In this document: positions 6,364 through 9,138 of the stretch, one piece after another
How positions within the stretch are numbered: position 1 is the stretch's first letter
Layout of the letters: the number at the start of each line of letters is the position of its first letter
IMG/VR virus record: IMGVR_UViG_3300005977_000050
Location: 1 to 9,138 of that record
Length of the DNA: 9,138 nucleotides
Strand: one strand, 5' to 3'
Program-made: the position numbers and the translations under genes
Notes under the pieces: model-generated
What the model saw: the letters and a program-made list of their open reading frames with translations, nothing else
Databases searched by the model: none
What the model was told of the DNA's origin: nothing

Positions 6364-8307
6364 TCACCCTTTTGACATTTTTTCTTTTATTTTAGTCATG
6401 CTTTCCCTTATTTTTTTGAGCGATTCTATAATGTCATTTGCTAGTTCGTCCTCAGTTTTTTGCATTAATTGTTCATAGTTAAAGCTACGGCAGTATCCAA
6501 TACCATCTGGCAAAGTATGTTCTGGGCATTCTTCATCGTCATATTTCTCATCATCTTCGGTGTAATGTAGTTTGTTTCCATTCAACAATTTGTTGTATAG
6601 TACTACAGCTTTCTGGAATAATTCTGATTCTGCCCCTCTCACATTGTCGTCAAATGAATAGTCTCTCTCGGACTCTGGGATCTCTTTGCTGTAACCTCTA
6701 ATGAAGTATATCACGTTCTTTGTTATGCTTATATCTTCTTCATCACTTTTTCCTTCTGTAAGAATATATTCTAGGAAAGACGGCACAGGCAAATGTCCCT
6801 CACTCGTCCAAATTAGGGAGTAATAAGATGACAGTCTATCTGCTTCATCTAGTTCTAATGTCACTTGACAGTTTTCATCAAACATACAGTTGATCTCTGT
6901 AATGTCTTTAACCATTGATGGAAAATCTGAAGTTCTGGTCTCTATACTGTTTATTGCCTCATCAATGAAAATGATGGTATTATTAATGAGTGTTAAGACG
7001 TATTGTTTAACCTGGTCAAACGGCATTGGATAGAAGTACCTTTCATTAATTTGTCTATTAATTATATCTATAATTTTCTCTTTGTCAAGATTTTTGAGTT
7101 CGTTGAAACTTTCCACGCCGAAATACCATAGGTAAGTCCTTAGGGACGTTAGGAGCTTATTCTCTTTGTAAACTCCGACATGAATTTCATCTCTATGCCC
7201 ATGCATTATAACATATTTGCGGTCACTATCATTAATTTCAAAGCTGTCACTAGTACCTTGCTGTCTTATATCAACTCCTAATAATAGTTGTAAATATTTT
7301 CTAACATTTCTAGACGGTACTATATGGTAATAGTCACCACTATAATCAGCAGTAAATATATAATAATCTCTAGGCTCGTAAAACAATAGACTTTCTTTAA
7401 TGGGATTTATATCGTGTATCGTCTGCATCGGATCAATCCCCAGTATACTAGCAACCTCTAGCAAATGGTTATAATGTACTTTAATGAACCAAAAGTCCTT
7501 ATGAAGTTCAATAACTGCGTTTTTAAGCGTCAGTAATTTTTCGATTACATCAATAGGTATATCGTCTCCCCAATTTTCGTCCTTTAGTTCTAGTACTATA
7601 TCGTTTAGAGTTACTTCATTTTCATATTCATTAATTCTTACCTCTATTTTATTAATTTTGTCAAAAATTGACATTAATTTACTTAATAACTTCAACGTGA
7701 TTTCCTTCCGTTTACCTTCTAAGCCTAGTCCTTCGTCATAATCTGTTTTGACAATAAATTCTGGTTTTGATGACAATAATTTATCTAAGACTTCTCTAAC
7801 GTCCTGGTCTATGAAATCTCTAATTTTTTCGTATGTTTCCCAATTCTTTATCTCTGAAATGGTGAATTTCTTTGTCCCTTTATCATATAAAAGAGAAATT
7901 TTGCTTCTGATATCTATTAAAATCCTGTTGTTTTTAGTAGTAGAAAGGTCTATCTCATCATCATCAGTAGTTAAGTTAAGGTTAATTATTTCGTCTGGCA
8001 ATGGTTCTAGCTTGAATACACGGAAGAAACCTAATTCTGAAAACCTTAGTTTATCAATGTTTATATTAAATACTTCAGACAGCTTTGATATCACCTGGTC
8101 AGACTTTGAAAAATGGAAAGGTGTTCTAATGTACACGCCACTTGGGTCTATAATAATAGCAAACCATTTATCCTTGCGATCACACCAGTAATAATAGCCA
8201 CTGAGATTATATAGATTATATAATACGTCCGTAAATGTACCTTTATGACATTCTACATTTCCTAAACTTTCTATAAATTTTTTTACTTTTTCTTCTTTTT
8301 CCACCAT
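6364..8307 (-). CDS. Large acidic hypothetical protein (647 aa)
   Basis: Long uninterrupted ORF with ATG start and upstream BRE/TATA. No motif recognised. Confidence 0.85.
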   Translation of the reverse strand: MVEKEEKVKKFIESLGNVECHKGTFTDVLYNLYNLSGYYYWCDRKDKWFAIIIDPSGVYIRTPFHFSKSDQVISKLSEVFNINIDKLRFSELGFFRVFKLEPLPDEIINLNLTTDDDEIDLSTTKNNRILIDIRSKISLLYDKGTKKFTISEIKNWETYEKIRDFIDQDVREVLDKLLSSKPEFIVKTDYDEGLGLEGKRKEITLKLLSKLMSIFDKINKIEVRINEYENEVTLNDIVLELKDENWGDDIPIDVIEKLLTLKNAVIELHKDFWFIKVHYNHLLEVASILGIDPMQTIHDINPIKESLLFYEPRDYYIFTADYSGDYYHIVPSRNVRKYLQLLLGVDIRQQGTSDSFEINDSDRKYVIMHGHRDEIHVGVYKENKLLTSLRTYLWYFGVESFNELKNLDKEKIIDIINRQINERYFYPMPFDQVKQYVLTLINNTIIFIDEAINSIETRTSDFPSMVKDITEINCMFDENCQVTLELDEADRLSSYYSLIWTSEGHLPVPSFLEYILTEGKSDEEDISITKNVIYFIRGYSKEIPESERDYSFDDNVRGAESELFQKAVVLYNKLLNGNKLHYTEDDEKYDDEECPEHTLPDGIGYCRSFNYEQLMQKTEDELANDIIESLKKIRESMTKIKEKMSKG

Positions 8308-8338
8308 TTTTGGTCAAACATATATATGCCAAAACTGG

Positions 8339-8355
8339 TATTTAAACCTTTTTGC
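8339..8355 (-). promoter_or_regulatory. BRE/TATA promoter of the 647-aa gene
   Basis: The minus strand reads GCAAAAAGG-TTTAAATA about 32-48 nt upstream of ATG 8307. Confidence 0.55.
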
Positions 8356-8418
8356 CTAACCAGTTAGACAATAAGTAGGGTGATGGAAAAACAGCTATGT
8401 GAGTTGTTTTTTCTTTCG

Positions 8419-8456
8419 TCCCACCTTACGGAGGGAGACTTCCGCCCCCTTAACCC
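8419..8456 (+). mobile_element. Second IS200/IS605-like left-end relic
   Basis: Imperfect hairpin TCCCACC-TTAC-GGAGGGA followed by GACTTCCGCCCCCTTAACCC, which matches 6129-6148 at 19/20. Confidence 0.5.
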
Positions 8457-8493
8457 CTGCTATTTTAAAAAATAATCTGGTAAGAACATAATC

Positions 8494-8826
8494 ATGAGAA
8501 ATCCCGTTACGAGAAAAAGAATCGTGTCGTTCAGAATAGAACGTAGTGCAATTGAATTGATTGAATCTAAGACTAAGAATAAATCTTCGTTCATGAGAGA
8601 CGCTATAAACTATCTTATCCAAGAAGGTATAACAAACGACGATATACTAAAAATAGCCCTGTCCATCCCGATAGACGAGAAGAAGCAAGCAAGTGTAAAA
8701 ATTGATGAAGAGACGTTAGACAGGCTAAAGCAAATTGCTGAAGAGAACAGTATACAAGTAAGTGAACTCCTAAGGATTGCAATATGGAAACTCCTTATGA
8801 CAGTTAGTTCGGTCAAACCACAATAA
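8494..8826 (+). CDS. Tandem ribbon-helix-helix transcription regulator
   Basis: Two RHH units: RIVSFRIERSAIELIE..NKSSFMRDAINYLI and QASVKIDEETLDRLKQIAEENSIQVSELLRIAIWKLL. TATA TTTTAAAA at 8463-8470. Confidence 0.88.
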   Translation: MRNPVTRKRIVSFRIERSAIELIESKTKNKSSFMRDAINYLIQEGITNDDILKIALSIPIDEKKQASVKIDEETLDRLKQIAEENSIQVSELLRIAIWKLLMTVSSVKPQ

Positions 8827-8871
8827 ACTTTTTTTAAACTCTGCTCAAACATATGTTTAAGTGACCCAAAG

Positions 8872-9090
8872 TTGAACCCGTTTGCAGTATTCTTTATCGC
8901 AGTTTTTGTCCTAATACCGTTTTTATTGCTTATCATAGTTTTGGCAAACGACTTTACTGGTATATTTTATAGCATAGATGGGAGTTTGTTTACACCAATC
9001 GCAAACATTGTAAACTATATGTTGTGGGCATTCGTAATTTTGGCAATAGCTTTGGTTGCAGTCATGATAATATATAGAAAATACACCTAA
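8872..9090 (+). CDS. Small membrane protein with two predicted TM helices
   Basis: 72 aa, TTG start, two long hydrophobic segments and a basic tail RKYT. TTTTTAAA at 8831-8838. Confidence 0.65.
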   Translation: MNPFAVFFIAVFVLIPFLLLIIVLANDFTGIFYSIDGSLFTPIANIVNYMLWAFVILAIALVAVMIIYRKYT

Positions 9091-9138
9091 GCCTCACCGT
9101 TTGCCCCTACACTTTCATTTCACTCATTTTATCTTCAA

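Noticed and set aside
4885-8936. ORFs 4885-5094, 5021-5212, 5865-6212, 7748-8191, 8395-8622 and 8610-8936
   Set aside because: They overlap well-supported genes in another frame or strand and show no motifs.

Overview
AT-rich, gene-dense window with archaeal-type TATA boxes and ribbon-helix-helix (RHH) regulators. It most resembles a Sulfolobales/crenarchaeal virus or other mobile element; this is inferred from gene content. The main feature is a compact + strand operon: a small RHH gene missing from the ORF track (1619-1792), a P-loop ATPase (1779-2699), an IS110/Nop-domain protein with no RuvC domain but two Zn-ribbon insertions (2706-3740), and directly after its stop codon a strictly 38-nt periodic dual-repeat array (3742-4286). 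The array has 15 copies of TGCACAYAAGCAA and 14 copies of TCAATAA alternating with 28 unique 9-nt spacers. This is the architecture of a TIGR-Tas-like (nuclease-less, TasA-type) RNA-guided system rather than a CRISPR array, here coupled to an ATPase. The window also holds an internally duplicated acidic protein, a FkbM methyltransferase/OafA-type acyltransferase pair, a 647-aa unknown protein, a tandem-RHH regulator, a small membrane protein, three IS200/IS605-end-like relics and a recurring AAACANNTGTTT palindrome at promoters.
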